Shown here in pieces: positions 27,156 through 36,918 of a DNA stretch of 64,000 nucleotides. The notes beneath the pieces were generated by a model, which was not told where the DNA came from, did not search any database, and worked only from the letters and a program-made list of their open reading frames with translations. Origin of the DNA: Candidatus Hecatella orcuttiae (lineage in GTDB: Archaea > Thermoproteota > Bathyarchaeia > Hecatellales > Hecatellaceae); the NCBI GenBank assembly GCA_002011035.2, contig MTLY02000001.1, positions 384,001 through 448,000 of the forward strand, read 5' to 3'. The stretch's first letter is position 1. Each line of letters starts with the position of its first letter. Position numbers and translations under genes: made by a program.

Positions 27156-28006
27156 AGATACCTCGAAAAGCCTTGGCGGGGCTTTGGGAGATATGCGAGG
27201 GGAAGGTGGAGAGGTTTGAAGAACTTTTAAGTCTGATGGTTAAATATGCTGACTACTTCCTGGATAGGCCTTGGCCTGAAAAGATGGAAAAAGAGCTGAG
27301 GTATGAAGAAGATTTTGGACTTGGTGATGAAGACGTAGAATTTCTTGACGAAAGCAAAAACTATGAAGAGAAGGTTCAACGGTTCACCCTGGTATGTTTA
27401 AAGAGAAACATCAGCTTGGAAGGCTTCGACGTGGAAGGTTTCAAGGGAGACTTCAACTCGTATGGAGGCTCTTGGTGTTGGGATTGCACTGTTACAAGGG
27501 CTATGGAGCTGAGGAAGGAGGTGGAAAGGCAGGAGCAGTTTAGAAGGAAAATCGAGAAGGAAATGAAAAGTGAAAAACCGGCTTGGACAACCTTAGAATT
27601 GTATAAACACATCAACAAACCTGAAATTGTAAGGGAGGATAAAATGCGGCAGGTGGAGCTGAGGTTCTACGAGGAGCTGGGATATGCCAAGGATAAAAGC
27701 TGCGAGGTGAGAAACTTTTACAGATGCCCCTACGGAGGGGAGTCTGAGAAGCTAATCCTTCGCGGCATGGCGATCAAGGAGATATGGCAGCACATAGAAT
27801 GGTACCACCGCCACTGGCACCCCTCCCGGATCACCAGGCCGCTTGAAAACGAGATGAAATGGTACCACTACGGTGAGCCGGACATCATCGATGTGACAAG
27901 CTACGAGGACCTTGAAAAGGCTTCTGAAGATGGAAGGCTGGACAAGGTAATAGAGGAGCATGAGAAATACATGAAAGAAACGGGACGCAAAGCTTGGGAG
28001 ACTTGA
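27152..28006 (+). CDS. hypothetical protein
   Basis: long ORF coupled by GTGA overlap; Glu/Lys-rich with CWDC, C..CPYG and HRHWHP motifs. Confidence 0.7.
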   Translation: MKIPRKALAGLWEICEGKVERFEELLSLMVKYADYFLDRPWPEKMEKELRYEEDFGLGDEDVEFLDESKNYEEKVQRFTLVCLKRNISLEGFDVEGFKGDFNSYGGSWCWDCTVTRAMELRKEVERQEQFRRKIEKEMKSEKPAWTTLELYKHINKPEIVREDKMRQVELRFYEELGYAKDKSCEVRNFYRCPYGGESEKLILRGMAIKEIWQHIEWYHRHWHPSRITRPLENEMKWYHYGEPDIIDVTSYEDLEKASEDGRLDKVIEEHEKYMKETGRKAWET

Positions 28007-28081
28007 GGTACTCGGAGGCCGACGGCGTTAGGACAGAGTATATGCGGATGGAATGATTTTTATTGAGCTGTGGGATAACTG

Positions 28082-28369
28082 TTGGCTGTTGACGTTGTTG
28101 GGGTATTGTTTCTAGCCTACTTTCTAGTGGCTTTGTTCCTCAGCCTTGATGCCAGATACCCTATAGGGGCGGCGCTGGTGTTGCTGGGGGTTTCCGCGGT
28201 TATCTTGGCTTTCGAGCCTCCATGGGAGTTTTCAGCGGAAGATACAGCGGTTTACGCGTATTATTTTTTGGTCATCGGCGTCGCTTTGAGGGTTGTAGAG
28301 TTTGCGCGGAAAAGCGACAAACCGTTGGCAGTTGTCATTTGGAGGAAGATTAAGCGGAGAATGTTTTAG
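28082..28369 (+). CDS. small three-TM membrane protein
   Basis: hydrophobic 95 aa with D.RYP and AVYAYYFLVIGV segments. Confidence 0.65.
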   Translation: MAVDVVGVLFLAYFLVALFLSLDARYPIGAALVLLGVSAVILAFEPPWEFSAEDTAVYAYYFLVIGVALRVVEFARKSDKPLAVVIWRKIKRRMF

Positions 28370-28445
28370 GTTTATGCGCAATTCATTTTTATTTTGTGGA
28401 AGCCAGATGAGGGTTAAAACTACGCTATGGATGTTATGGCGGAGG

Positions 28446-28473
28446 AAGCCTCAAAAAGGGGCCCTTTAGGCTT
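28446..28473. terminator. hairpin between convergent genes
   Basis: AAGCCT-CAA-AAAGG-GGC-CCTTT-AGGCTT imperfect inverted repeat between stops at 28369 and 28488. Confidence 0.35.
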
Positions 28474-28487
28474 GTTTGTCGGTTTTG

Positions 28488-31013
28488 CTATTCTTCTATT
28501 TCCATTTTTATTTTTCCGGCCAACTCCTTCAGTATGGTCACTGCTTTTTCCGGGTTTTTTCTCGCTATTTCTCTCAGAGTGTTTCCCGCTTTCTTTGGGT
28601 CTTCGTCGGCTAGGACTCTTAAAGTTTCTACGGCTTTTTCCGGTGCTGTTCGGTCTAGGATTTCAGCTATGGCAGTGGCCGGGGTTTTTCTGAGTTTTTC
28701 TGCAATCTGTTCCGGGGGAAGCGTTTGGATGTCAGCGGGTGTTGGCGGCGGAGTTGAGGTTGTTGCTCCTCTACGCTGGTAGACGGTGAGGCCTATGCTG
28801 GCAACCGTCAGTCCCAGGATTATTCCAACTGCTAGAGATGCTAGAGGGCTTAAGGTTACCTTGGACTTTGGGGGGACCTCTTCCGGAGTGAGGGGGGTTT
28901 CTGGCTCTGTTACGGTAAACAGGAGGGGGGACGTCGTGATGCCGGTGCCTTTGATGGATGCTTGAAGCATCCAAGTGTCCGGGTTGGTGAAGGTTTGGCT
29001 GTCTGTGAAGGAGCCGTCTGGTGCTGTTGTGACGGTGCTCTGGATTGTTTGGCCTTGGGTGTTGGTGTAGCTTAGGGTAATTTCTACGCCTTCCTTTGGT
29101 GGTTGGATGCTGCCGTATACCTTGGTTTCCTCTCCGAGTTCTACTGTTTTGGAGGATATGGTCAAAGTTAGGGATGTGGCTGGAGGCTGGGTGGTTACCG
29201 TCAGTAGGGCTTCGTTGGAGTATATGGCTTGCTCAGGGTTGTCGGCGAAGGCGATGGCGCGGAGGCTGTAGGTGCCTGTTCGGTTTGGCGCCGCCCATAG
29301 GTAGGTGTATTCGCCTGCGAGCGTGGTGTTCACCGTCGTTATCGGTGTGTACTCTATTTTTTCGCTGTTTCCTATGAAGGCGTACTCCAGCGTTATGGGC
29401 GCGCTTGTGCCTTTCCAGTCTAATGTTCCGCCTATGGTTACTTCAAGGCTTGGCGTCGCCGTTGATGGAGTCACGTGTAGGGTTAATGTGGGTATTTCTT
29501 TAACCGTAAAGGTTACCGGAATACTGGTAGCTGGGGCGCGATGGTCGTCGCCTTTGAAACCAGCTTCAACCCGCCATTCACCCACCATCAAGGGTGTGAA
29601 GGTGTCGTTGAAATAGCCCTCCGAGTCTGTGAGAACCGAGTGTTGCACTGTACTCTCGGAGTGCATGTAGGTTATTGTGAGCGGTGTGTTTGGAAGGTTT
29701 GAGGTCCCATGAACGGTCAGCGGGAAGCTGACTGGTAAGCTATGTTGAGTGAGTGTTAAAGTTATTTTGGAGACGAGTTTTTCAACCTTAACCTGAATAG
29801 GGATGCTTTGAGAGCCTTCATAATTTGCGTTACCTTCCCACGTGGAGGCTATGGACCAAACGCCTGTGGTGTCAGGTATGAACACGTCCCTGTAACGTCC
29901 GTCAGGAGCTGTTGTTACAGTGCGGCTGGTCGACGTGTTGTTTGGTGAAGAGTAGGTTATCGTTATGGTTGCGTTTTCCTGCCTAGGCGACAGAGAACCT
30001 GTGATTTCTATGGGTTCACCGAAAAACGCGGCTTCAGGCGACATATCAAGAGTTAGGATGGAGGACGCCCTTTTCACCGTAAATAATACAGGTTCGCTTG
30101 CTGCCTCGGCATAGAGGGGATCTCCTTCCCAAGAAGCAGCTACACTCCAGACGCCAACCCTATCCGGAGTAAACGTGTCGGTGAAAACGCCTCTGAAAGC
30201 TTGGACAGCCTGTTCGCGGACTGTCAGGTCCGGGGCCACATAGGTAAGGAATACGGGTGCATCGGAGTGCTTAGGCTCTAGCACTCCGGAAACGGTGATG
30301 CTGTTTCCGTAGGTGATTTCCTCCGGAATCTCTGTTATTGAAACCGTGCTGGGAGACTTCTCATAGGTTATAACCAGCCTAGGCCAGTAGGGAGGCATAC
30401 CTCCGCCGGTGTGGTCTTTTGAAACAAACCGCACGTATGCATGGGTACTGGGATGCAACACCGTGTCCGGCTCTTTCAAGATGAGTGTTAGGCGTTTGTC
30501 CGCTAGGTTGATGGCGCTTATTACAGGGCCGGCGACCTTCCATTCGTACCAGTCTGGTTTGGTTACTGTAACGGTGTCGGTTGGGACGGGGTTATAGCTG
30601 ATTGTTAGGTGCTGCCTGTAGGTTAGAGTTGACTCCTCCCACCTATTGTTGAAGGATTGATGAACTCCAACCTCATGGACGTCAAACACGTAATGAGCAT
30701 ACAACTGGAGAGAGGCTTCCGTTATTCTGCTTGTTGGGATGGAGGATAGATTGAACATCAGATAAACGATGTTTTGTTCGTTGACACGCCGCGCTACATA
30801 AAGCCACGCATCAGGGCCGTAGTTTTTATCTATAGAAGAAGCCATAACACTCACATCCGCTATCGGATATAATGTGACAGTCACATATCGTTCATGGGTT
30901 TGCGCAAAACCTACTGAAATTCCAAGAAGCAAGGGGGTTGAGAGTAACATAAGAAACATAAAGAGGGTTAACTTAAGTTTCATGCACGTCATCAACATAT
31001 CAGTAGTTTTCAT
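28488..31013 (-). CDS. membrane-anchored surface protein: signal peptide, DNRLRE/CBM96-like domain, ~5 Ig-like repeats, TM, cytoplasmic helical-repeat tail
   Basis: LYPIADVSV...NYG...YLMFNLS..W.E..LTY...F.SKD...P.LVITY; repeated T.T..DG.F.D.F.P...G.W...A.W.GD units; TM LAVGIILGLTVASIGL. Confidence 0.8.
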   Translation of the reverse strand: MKTTDMLMTCMKLKLTLFMFLMLLSTPLLLGISVGFAQTHERYVTVTLYPIADVSVMASSIDKNYGPDAWLYVARRVNEQNIVYLMFNLSSIPTSRITEASLQLYAHYVFDVHEVGVHQSFNNRWEESTLTYRQHLTISYNPVPTDTVTVTKPDWYEWKVAGPVISAINLADKRLTLILKEPDTVLHPSTHAYVRFVSKDHTGGGMPPYWPRLVITYEKSPSTVSITEIPEEITYGNSITVSGVLEPKHSDAPVFLTYVAPDLTVREQAVQAFRGVFTDTFTPDRVGVWSVAASWEGDPLYAEAASEPVLFTVKRASSILTLDMSPEAAFFGEPIEITGSLSPRQENATITITYSSPNNTSTSRTVTTAPDGRYRDVFIPDTTGVWSIASTWEGNANYEGSQSIPIQVKVEKLVSKITLTLTQHSLPVSFPLTVHGTSNLPNTPLTITYMHSESTVQHSVLTDSEGYFNDTFTPLMVGEWRVEAGFKGDDHRAPATSIPVTFTVKEIPTLTLHVTPSTATPSLEVTIGGTLDWKGTSAPITLEYAFIGNSEKIEYTPITTVNTTLAGEYTYLWAAPNRTGTYSLRAIAFADNPEQAIYSNEALLTVTTQPPATSLTLTISSKTVELGEETKVYGSIQPPKEGVEITLSYTNTQGQTIQSTVTTAPDGSFTDSQTFTNPDTWMLQASIKGTGITTSPLLFTVTEPETPLTPEEVPPKSKVTLSPLASLAVGIILGLTVASIGLTVYQRRGATTSTPPPTPADIQTLPPEQIAEKLRKTPATAIAEILDRTAPEKAVETLRVLADEDPKKAGNTLREIARKNPEKAVTILKELAGKIKMEIEE

Positions 31014-31024
31014 GTAAGATAGTT

Positions 31025-31041
31025 AAGCTTTATTTATAAAT
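31025..31041. promoter_or_regulatory. bidirectional TATA between the divergent surface-protein and GT-C genes
   Basis: AAGCTTTATTTATAAAT, overlapping the palindrome TATTTATAAATA. Confidence 0.4.
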
Positions 31042-31143
31042 AGAAGGTTAAATTTTGTAAAAATCGATCCGGCATTATCTTCCCTTATCCCGTATGATTT
31101 TTTAGCTGTGGACATACACTTTAACGATCAGAGCGATTTGAAG

Positions 31144-33207
31144 ATGTCTAAATCCTGGGAGTATTATATCAGGAAAATATACGTTTGGCGTGGCCTGCCG
31201 TGGATAGTGTATTCTTGTGTAAGCCTGATAGTTTTATGGGATCTGCTCTTACCCGGCTATATTTTAACGCTAGACATGCAGTTTGCGCGGCATATCAGAT
31301 TTGAGCACTTTTTTTACGGTTTTGCGACTCCCCTAAGAGGTACGCTTCCTTTTATCATGATTCTTAAGGCTTTAAACTACATTTTTCCCACATGGATTAT
31401 TCAAAAAGCTTTGCTTTTTTTGATTTTTGTATTGGCTGGGCTGTCGGCGCATAGACTATGCCCTACAGACAATTTAGCCGGTAAGTATTATGCTGGGTTG
31501 TTTTACGCTTTAAATCCCTTCGTTTTTGTCAGGTTTATGGTTGGTCACTTGCTGATCTTGATGGCTTACGCCATTATGCCTCTAGCAGCTAAGGCAGGAA
31601 TAGACTTCCTTAAGCAGACCAGTTTCCATACAGCTACCCGGTTGGTAATATTACTAACTCTTGTGGGAATGTTCAGTGCTGAAATTCTACTTTTAACTCT
31701 ATTTCTTATTTTCGCCATTTTAGCCTTCAGGGCGATAAGGAAGAGAACCGAGATCACTCATCTCCTAAAGTGGACGGGTATAGTAGCTGTCATGTTCCTT
31801 GGAGTTAATTTTTATTGGCTGGGTCCGGCGGCTTTGGGGGTAAAGGAAACAAGTCTCAGCCTAGTGAGCTATGAGGACCTCCTAGTCTTCACAGCCAAGA
31901 TGTGGGGTGTGGGTCCAAACTTATTCTTTAGCCTTGCCACCCTTCACGGTTTTTGGAGGCCGCCTGAAGGTTATGTCTATATCTCCGATATGCTCCCCGG
32001 GTGGTTTTTGGTGTACTTTTTTTTGTTATTTTTGTCAGTTTATGGTTTCATGTCGAGGAGGGAGACAGAGGATGAGGCTAAAAGTTTTGCGATAGTTGCT
32101 ATAGTGTCGCTTATATTAGCTACAGGTATCTCTACTGCTTATTTTTCGAAATTCTTTCTTTTTTTGTTTGAAAATTTCTTCTTTTTAAAAGCATTCAGAG
32201 ACTCGCATAAATTTGTTGTTCTACTAGCTTTGGCGTACTCGTTTCTTGGCGGTTTAGGGGTTGGGGAATTGGCGAGTGCTCTAAAACGTAGAAGCCTTGG
32301 GCGTAAGGAAAATTCTTTACAGGTTAAGAAGGCTTTGGGCATATTGCTGATATTTCTAGTTTTAGCTGCACCCTTCATTTATTCCGCCAATATGCTTTTT
32401 GGTTTGGGAAATAACTTAAAAGTGGTCGATTATCCGGAGGAGTGGTATGAGGTTAACGAGTATTTTAAGGCTCAAGAAGAAGATTTTAAGGTTCTATTTT
32501 TACCTTGGCACCAGTATATGTGGTTAACTTGGGTGGGAAGGATCGTAGGGAATCCAGCGGACATCTTTTTTGATAAACCTATCATTCGGGGAAAAAACAT
32601 AGAAGTGGGCCCTATAGAAACGCAATCAACGGAGCTCGACCAACGATATATACATTTTCTGTTAAATAAACGAGACCAGCTCACGAATTTTGGGGAGCTC
32701 ATGGCGCCATTAAATGTAAAGTATATTATCTTAGTGAAGGAAGTTGATTACAAGGATTATGATTTCCTATACAAGCAAAAAGACTTAGCTGTGGTTATAG
32801 ATAATTCGCATTTAACACTTTTTGAGAACCTACATGAGACACATAAGTTTTATACAGTCGATGACGAGCCTAGTTTTCAGAATTGGAACCAACTTTTAGA
32901 TCATTCGTTTAGGCAAGTGGAGGCTAAGCCTGTTAAATTTGAAAAGGTATCGCCGGCGGAATACAGAGTCTGGGGCATCACAGGCAAATATCTTATTTTT
33001 GCTCAGCCTTTTGACGGGGGTTGGAGATTTAACGGTCGCCCACCAAAACCCTACATGGATCTCACGAACGTGTTTGAGGTTAAGGGTGAAAATGAGGGGA
33101 GGATATACTATGAAAACATGAACTTCATGTTTACGGCGTATTCCATCTCGGCGACTAGCTGTTTCATAGTCTTGATGTTATCCATAGTTAATAGGAAAAG
33201 AAAATAG
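31144..33207 (+). CDS. multi-TM GT-C-fold membrane protein (AftD/YfhO-like glycosyltransferase)
   Basis: about 13 TMs; acidic loop LTLDMQF after TM1; AGLFYALNP, GHL..AYA.MP, FRDSHKF, DFKVLFLP, NVKYIIL motifs. Confidence 0.65.
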   Translation: MSKSWEYYIRKIYVWRGLPWIVYSCVSLIVLWDLLLPGYILTLDMQFARHIRFEHFFYGFATPLRGTLPFIMILKALNYIFPTWIIQKALLFLIFVLAGLSAHRLCPTDNLAGKYYAGLFYALNPFVFVRFMVGHLLILMAYAIMPLAAKAGIDFLKQTSFHTATRLVILLTLVGMFSAEILLLTLFLIFAILAFRAIRKRTEITHLLKWTGIVAVMFLGVNFYWLGPAALGVKETSLSLVSYEDLLVFTAKMWGVGPNLFFSLATLHGFWRPPEGYVYISDMLPGWFLVYFFLLFLSVYGFMSRRETEDEAKSFAIVAIVSLILATGISTAYFSKFFLFLFENFFFLKAFRDSHKFVVLLALAYSFLGGLGVGELASALKRRSLGRKENSLQVKKALGILLIFLVLAAPFIYSANMLFGLGNNLKVVDYPEEWYEVNEYFKAQEEDFKVLFLPWHQYMWLTWVGRIVGNPADIFFDKPIIRGKNIEVGPIETQSTELDQRYIHFLLNKRDQLTNFGELMAPLNVKYIILVKEVDYKDYDFLYKQKDLAVVIDNSHLTLFENLHETHKFYTVDDEPSFQNWNQLLDHSFRQVEAKPVKFEKVSPAEYRVWGITGKYLIFAQPFDGGWRFNGRPPKPYMDLTNVFEVKGENEGRIYYENMNFMFTAYSISATSCFIVLMLSIVNRKRK

Positions 33208-33341
33208 AATATTTACGATAGATAATCTCAACACATTGAAGCTGCGAAGAGTACAGCAAAGCAGATGCTTAACCATGAGCAACCTCAGTGTTGAAAGACA
33301 GCGCAGGCTAATACAACTAACTTCAAGGATTTCTTAGCACT

Positions 33342-34988
33342 TTAATCAGATGTTTTTACTGAATATGCGGAATCCATGTTTAAAATTTTCCTTATAATCT
33401 TAGAAGCTATGCCGGAACCTTTGAGTGCTGCTTCAATCTTGCTGAACATGTATTTTCCACCTGGTATCAGCTTACAGATAAACTGAACATCTTGAAGGTT
33501 TAGAACTTTCATCACGGAAAGAGCAAGTATATAAATTATGAGGGCGAAGATTAAATAAAACGGTAAGAATATTATGTGAAAGTCTGTAAAAAGAGCAACA
33601 GGATATAATGCCGAAGCCATGATGAGGGAGGAGAAAAGACCTTTACCCATTGTTTTCCAATCTAAAGATGCTGCCAGAACCTCGGAACTTGCTCGATAAA
33701 ATAAAAACAACATAACTCCGTACATTACGGAGCGGCCTAAAGCTGCCCCAGGCATGCCCAATACGGGTATGAGACCTATAGAGACAAAGAATTCGACGAT
33801 TATGCTGAAAGTAAATATTAACATAACCTTCACCGTTTTACCTAAAGCGATCAGCGCAGATATCAGAGCTACGGAGATGCCGTAGGTTGCTATACCTAAG
33901 CAAAGTATCGTGAGAAGCATGGCAGCCTCGCTATACGCCTTACCGGCTAAAACGTATATTGCTGTAGGCGATAAAACAGCCAGACCGAGTGCAATCGGCA
34001 AGAAGAATAAAGCGATATAACGACAGATTGCAGTTAAAGTGCTGGAAACTTTCGCTGCACCAGTTCGTCCATCTATTTCACTTAAGCTGGGTATTAAGGT
34101 TGCGAGTATGGGGGTTGCAAAAATTGCTGTAACAAATGTTGAGGCAGTTATAGCAACTGTATAGATGCCTAAAGCTTTAACATCTAAAAAAGCAAGCACC
34201 ACAAAGCTGTCAATTGAGTTGGACACAGAGTTAGCTAGAAAATAACCCATCATCGGAAGAGAAAAAACCAAAAGCGACTTCAAGGTCAGGGGAGGTGAAT
34301 TGTTAAGAGAATTAAATCTTCTTATCCTTAAGAGACCTTTTACGATAAAAGGTAGAGCAATTAATATTGTTACTAATGGAAAAAATATGTAACCTAAAAA
34401 AATAGCGGCCACACCTAAACCCAGTAGGAGAAGCCAAACCGAGAAGCTAATTCTGACTATTTGAGATAGAAGCTTAGCAACTGCTAAAATTGTAAAATTT
34501 CGAAGCCCCTGTATGAATCCTAAGAAAATCGTCGCTATAATGCTTAAAAGAATCGTTACTGAAGCTATTTGCAATATATAAAAATATTGAGGTGTACCAA
34601 ATAGAATGTTAGATAGAATATCCGAGATAAAAAAGAAAAATAAACCTAATCCTAACGCCAATATCAGTGAAATCATAAGTATATGTTTGAAAGTTTGAAA
34701 CACGTTGCTATAATCTCGATTGCCGTAAAAATATGGAATAAAACGGGAAGCTGCTGTCTCCAAACCAAGACGGCCAACGATACCGACGATAGAGGAAACC
34801 AGCATAACTGCCCCGTAGATGCCCATTTCCTCATGTGTGATAACTCTAGCCATGAACACGAAGAAGAAGCCACCGATCAACGTGGTGATAGTACTCTCAA
34901 ACATTAAGATCCCTGTTCCTCTAGCTGCCCTAAGCAAAGTCGAGTCTTCGGTCATTAGCTGATTTTCACCGTAGGTCTTAACCACCAA
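33342..34988 (-). CDS. oligosaccharide flippase (Wzx/MOP superfamily)
   Basis: 12-14 TMs; GLETAASRFIP, FSLP, LGIYTVA, LIP.LGM.GAA motifs. Confidence 0.85.
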   Translation of the reverse strand: MVVKTYGENQLMTEDSTLLRAARGTGILMFESTITTLIGGFFFVFMARVITHEEMGIYGAVMLVSSIVGIVGRLGLETAASRFIPYFYGNRDYSNVFQTFKHILMISLILALGLGLFFFFISDILSNILFGTPQYFYILQIASVTILLSIIATIFLGFIQGLRNFTILAVAKLLSQIVRISFSVWLLLLGLGVAAIFLGYIFFPLVTILIALPFIVKGLLRIRRFNSLNNSPPLTLKSLLVFSLPMMGYFLANSVSNSIDSFVVLAFLDVKALGIYTVAITASTFVTAIFATPILATLIPSLSEIDGRTGAAKVSSTLTAICRYIALFFLPIALGLAVLSPTAIYVLAGKAYSEAAMLLTILCLGIATYGISVALISALIALGKTVKVMLIFTFSIIVEFFVSIGLIPVLGMPGAALGRSVMYGVMLFLFYRASSEVLAASLDWKTMGKGLFSSLIMASALYPVALFTDFHIIFLPFYLIFALIIYILALSVMKVLNLQDVQFICKLIPGGKYMFSKIEAALKGSGIASKIIRKILNMDSAYSVKTSD

Positions 34989-35017
34989 TTAAGAGGGAAA
35001 GTTATTTGGTTACCCTG

Positions 35018-36067
35018 TTAAAAAACTCTTTGTCTTAAATTTTTATATAATTCACCAATAAAGGAATGAAATACGACATTAGCTAAGGTGAATGGAAGAC
35101 TTAAAGGTTCCATAGATACTTTAACGTTTATAGTTTTTGGAAGCGCCTTAACTAAAACCCCTAGGGGAATAGTATATGGAAACTGGATGATGTTTTGAGG
35201 GGATAAACCGTGATAAAGCAGATTTTTGATTTCGCGCAACAGTGACATTACTAAAAAAAATTCTTTATTCCATCCGTATTTTTCTGTTTCCTCCCTTAAA
35301 ATACCGAAATCTACACCATTTTTCAACAGAGAATTGATATATATAAAGTCAAGAAGGTTAATTTTTCTATCCGTGAAGAAAGAGCTGGCAAGTATGGATA
35401 AAAGGTCTGCTTCACGGCTTGGAATCAGACAGTCAATACCGTGAAACTCTATCAGGCGAGGTCTTTTCCACATAAACTCTTCATCTAAAACAGGTAACCA
35501 CCACAATAATCCTTTATACATATCTATATCCAACAAATTTTTTGGTCGATAACCTGGGAATGCTAAACGCAACTTTAAGAGTATATTCAGAAAACGTCCA
35601 TCTGTTTTTAAAGCTCCTTTATTTTCCATATTACGCATCGCCTCGCCAAAAGTAGCTTCTCGCAACAAGATGTCTATGTCAAAAGTGCTGTAAGGTAAAC
35701 CTTTAAACGTTTTTATAAGTAGAAAATCAATACCTTCTGCCGCAAATGATGAACGTAGAAATTCGACGGTAACCTTAGCTTTAGCTATATTTTTTTCACC
35801 CAATCTTATCTCAGCCCGAATAAGTTCGGTAACTAGTTCTGGTCTATCTTCTGCTATCCGTTTAGAAAAATAGTAAGATAACTTATTTTCTCTAGCCACT
35901 TGAAGCGCTTCGTTCACGTTGAATCTTTGTTTCTTAATATTTTCTGATTTTTCTAATATATCAGGATTATATTTTCGATATTCGTCGTCAACAAAATATA
36001 AAATTAAGGAGAGAAGCTTATTGGATTTTTCAAAGCTCTCTATATTTTTTGGCAGGCGAGATTTCAC
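35018..36067 (-). CDS. nucleotidyltransferase family protein (NTP_transf_5-like)
   Basis: LLIKT....Y...DIDILL catalytic signature; IDMY; P..EADL. Confidence 0.7.
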   Translation of the reverse strand: MKSRLPKNIESFEKSNKLLSLILYFVDDEYRKYNPDILEKSENIKKQRFNVNEALQVARENKLSYYFSKRIAEDRPELVTELIRAEIRLGEKNIAKAKVTVEFLRSSFAAEGIDFLLIKTFKGLPYSTFDIDILLREATFGEAMRNMENKGALKTDGRFLNILLKLRLAFPGYRPKNLLDIDMYKGLLWWLPVLDEEFMWKRPRLIEFHGIDCLIPSREADLLSILASSFFTDRKINLLDFIYINSLLKNGVDFGILREETEKYGWNKEFFLVMSLLREIKNLLYHGLSPQNIIQFPYTIPLGVLVKALPKTINVKVSMEPLSLPFTLANVVFHSFIGELYKNLRQRVF

Positions 36068-36113
36068 CTATTTTGTTTAAGTTAGATTTTTAACTGATAT
36101 ATTTACTTATTTA

Positions 36114-36791
36114 TTACTTATATTTACTTATAAGTTTCGTTACGTAATTGAGAATTATGGAGTTTACTTTATTAATATCCGAGTTTGTACCAATTACGAT
36201 AAGCTTCCGAGGGTCTAGTTTTTTTATGAGACTTAAATATGATTGTCGGTATTTCACGTAAAAATCTATGGAGGCTTCTTTTTTCCGCCAATATGCTGTA
36301 TTGGGGGAAACGTCGAGTAAAAAGGTCATGTCAGGCGTCGGAATTAAATGCAGATAACATTTTATTAACCATTCGGGACAGACACTCATATAGTTGACTA
36401 TGTGGTCGTAAAAGTACCTATCGTATATGAGAAGAAGATCATGTCTGTGAGGTCTACATTCTATTATGTAGCCGATAAGAGCTTGTATAAATGCAACAAA
36501 AGATAAAAGGATCATAATAATCTTCAATTTCAGAGAACTTTTAACTGGGGATTTACATAAAGTATCCTGCCCTGTCATGTAGGAGAAATGGTTTTGTAGA
36601 CGGGTTCGTAGATTGGAAGGTATATAATTTAATAGGCTATAGGTGTGATGGATATATTTACAATCCAATCCATTAGATTGCATTTTTTCGAATAAGTTTA
36701 CTGCGTGAGTTGTTTTACCGCAGCCATCCATACCAATGAAGCATACTAGCACCCGACACAATTTTCTTTCACATACTAACGTTAAACTCAT
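36114..36791 (-). CDS. thymidylate-kinase-like P-loop kinase
   Basis: CFIGMDGCGKTT, DRYFYD, P.PD..FLLDVSP..A..RK; internal hydrophobic helix. Confidence 0.75.
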   Translation of the reverse strand: MSLTLVCERKLCRVLVCFIGMDGCGKTTHAVNLFEKMQSNGLDCKYIHHTYSLLNYIPSNLRTRLQNHFSYMTGQDTLCKSPVKSSLKLKIIMILLSFVAFIQALIGYIIECRPHRHDLLLIYDRYFYDHIVNYMSVCPEWLIKCYLHLIPTPDMTFLLDVSPNTAYWRKKEASIDFYVKYRQSYLSLIKKLDPRKLIVIGTNSDINKVNSIILNYVTKLISKYK

Positions 36792-36918
36792 ACTGGTTGG
36801 TTGATATGTTAATAGTGCTTTATATAAAATTGATGAGGAGATTGCTGATGATAAGTTAAAAGGAATACATGCATTAAGGTCATTATTTCCTTATTTATTT
36901 AGAAAACTGTTAAAGAAT

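Noticed and set aside
33342-36791. Lasso-peptide/RiPP cluster suggested by the kinase, NTP_transf_5 and radical SAM genes
   Set aside because: No lasso cyclase, peptidase, RRE/PqqD domain or precursor seen; the context is entirely glycan biosynthesis
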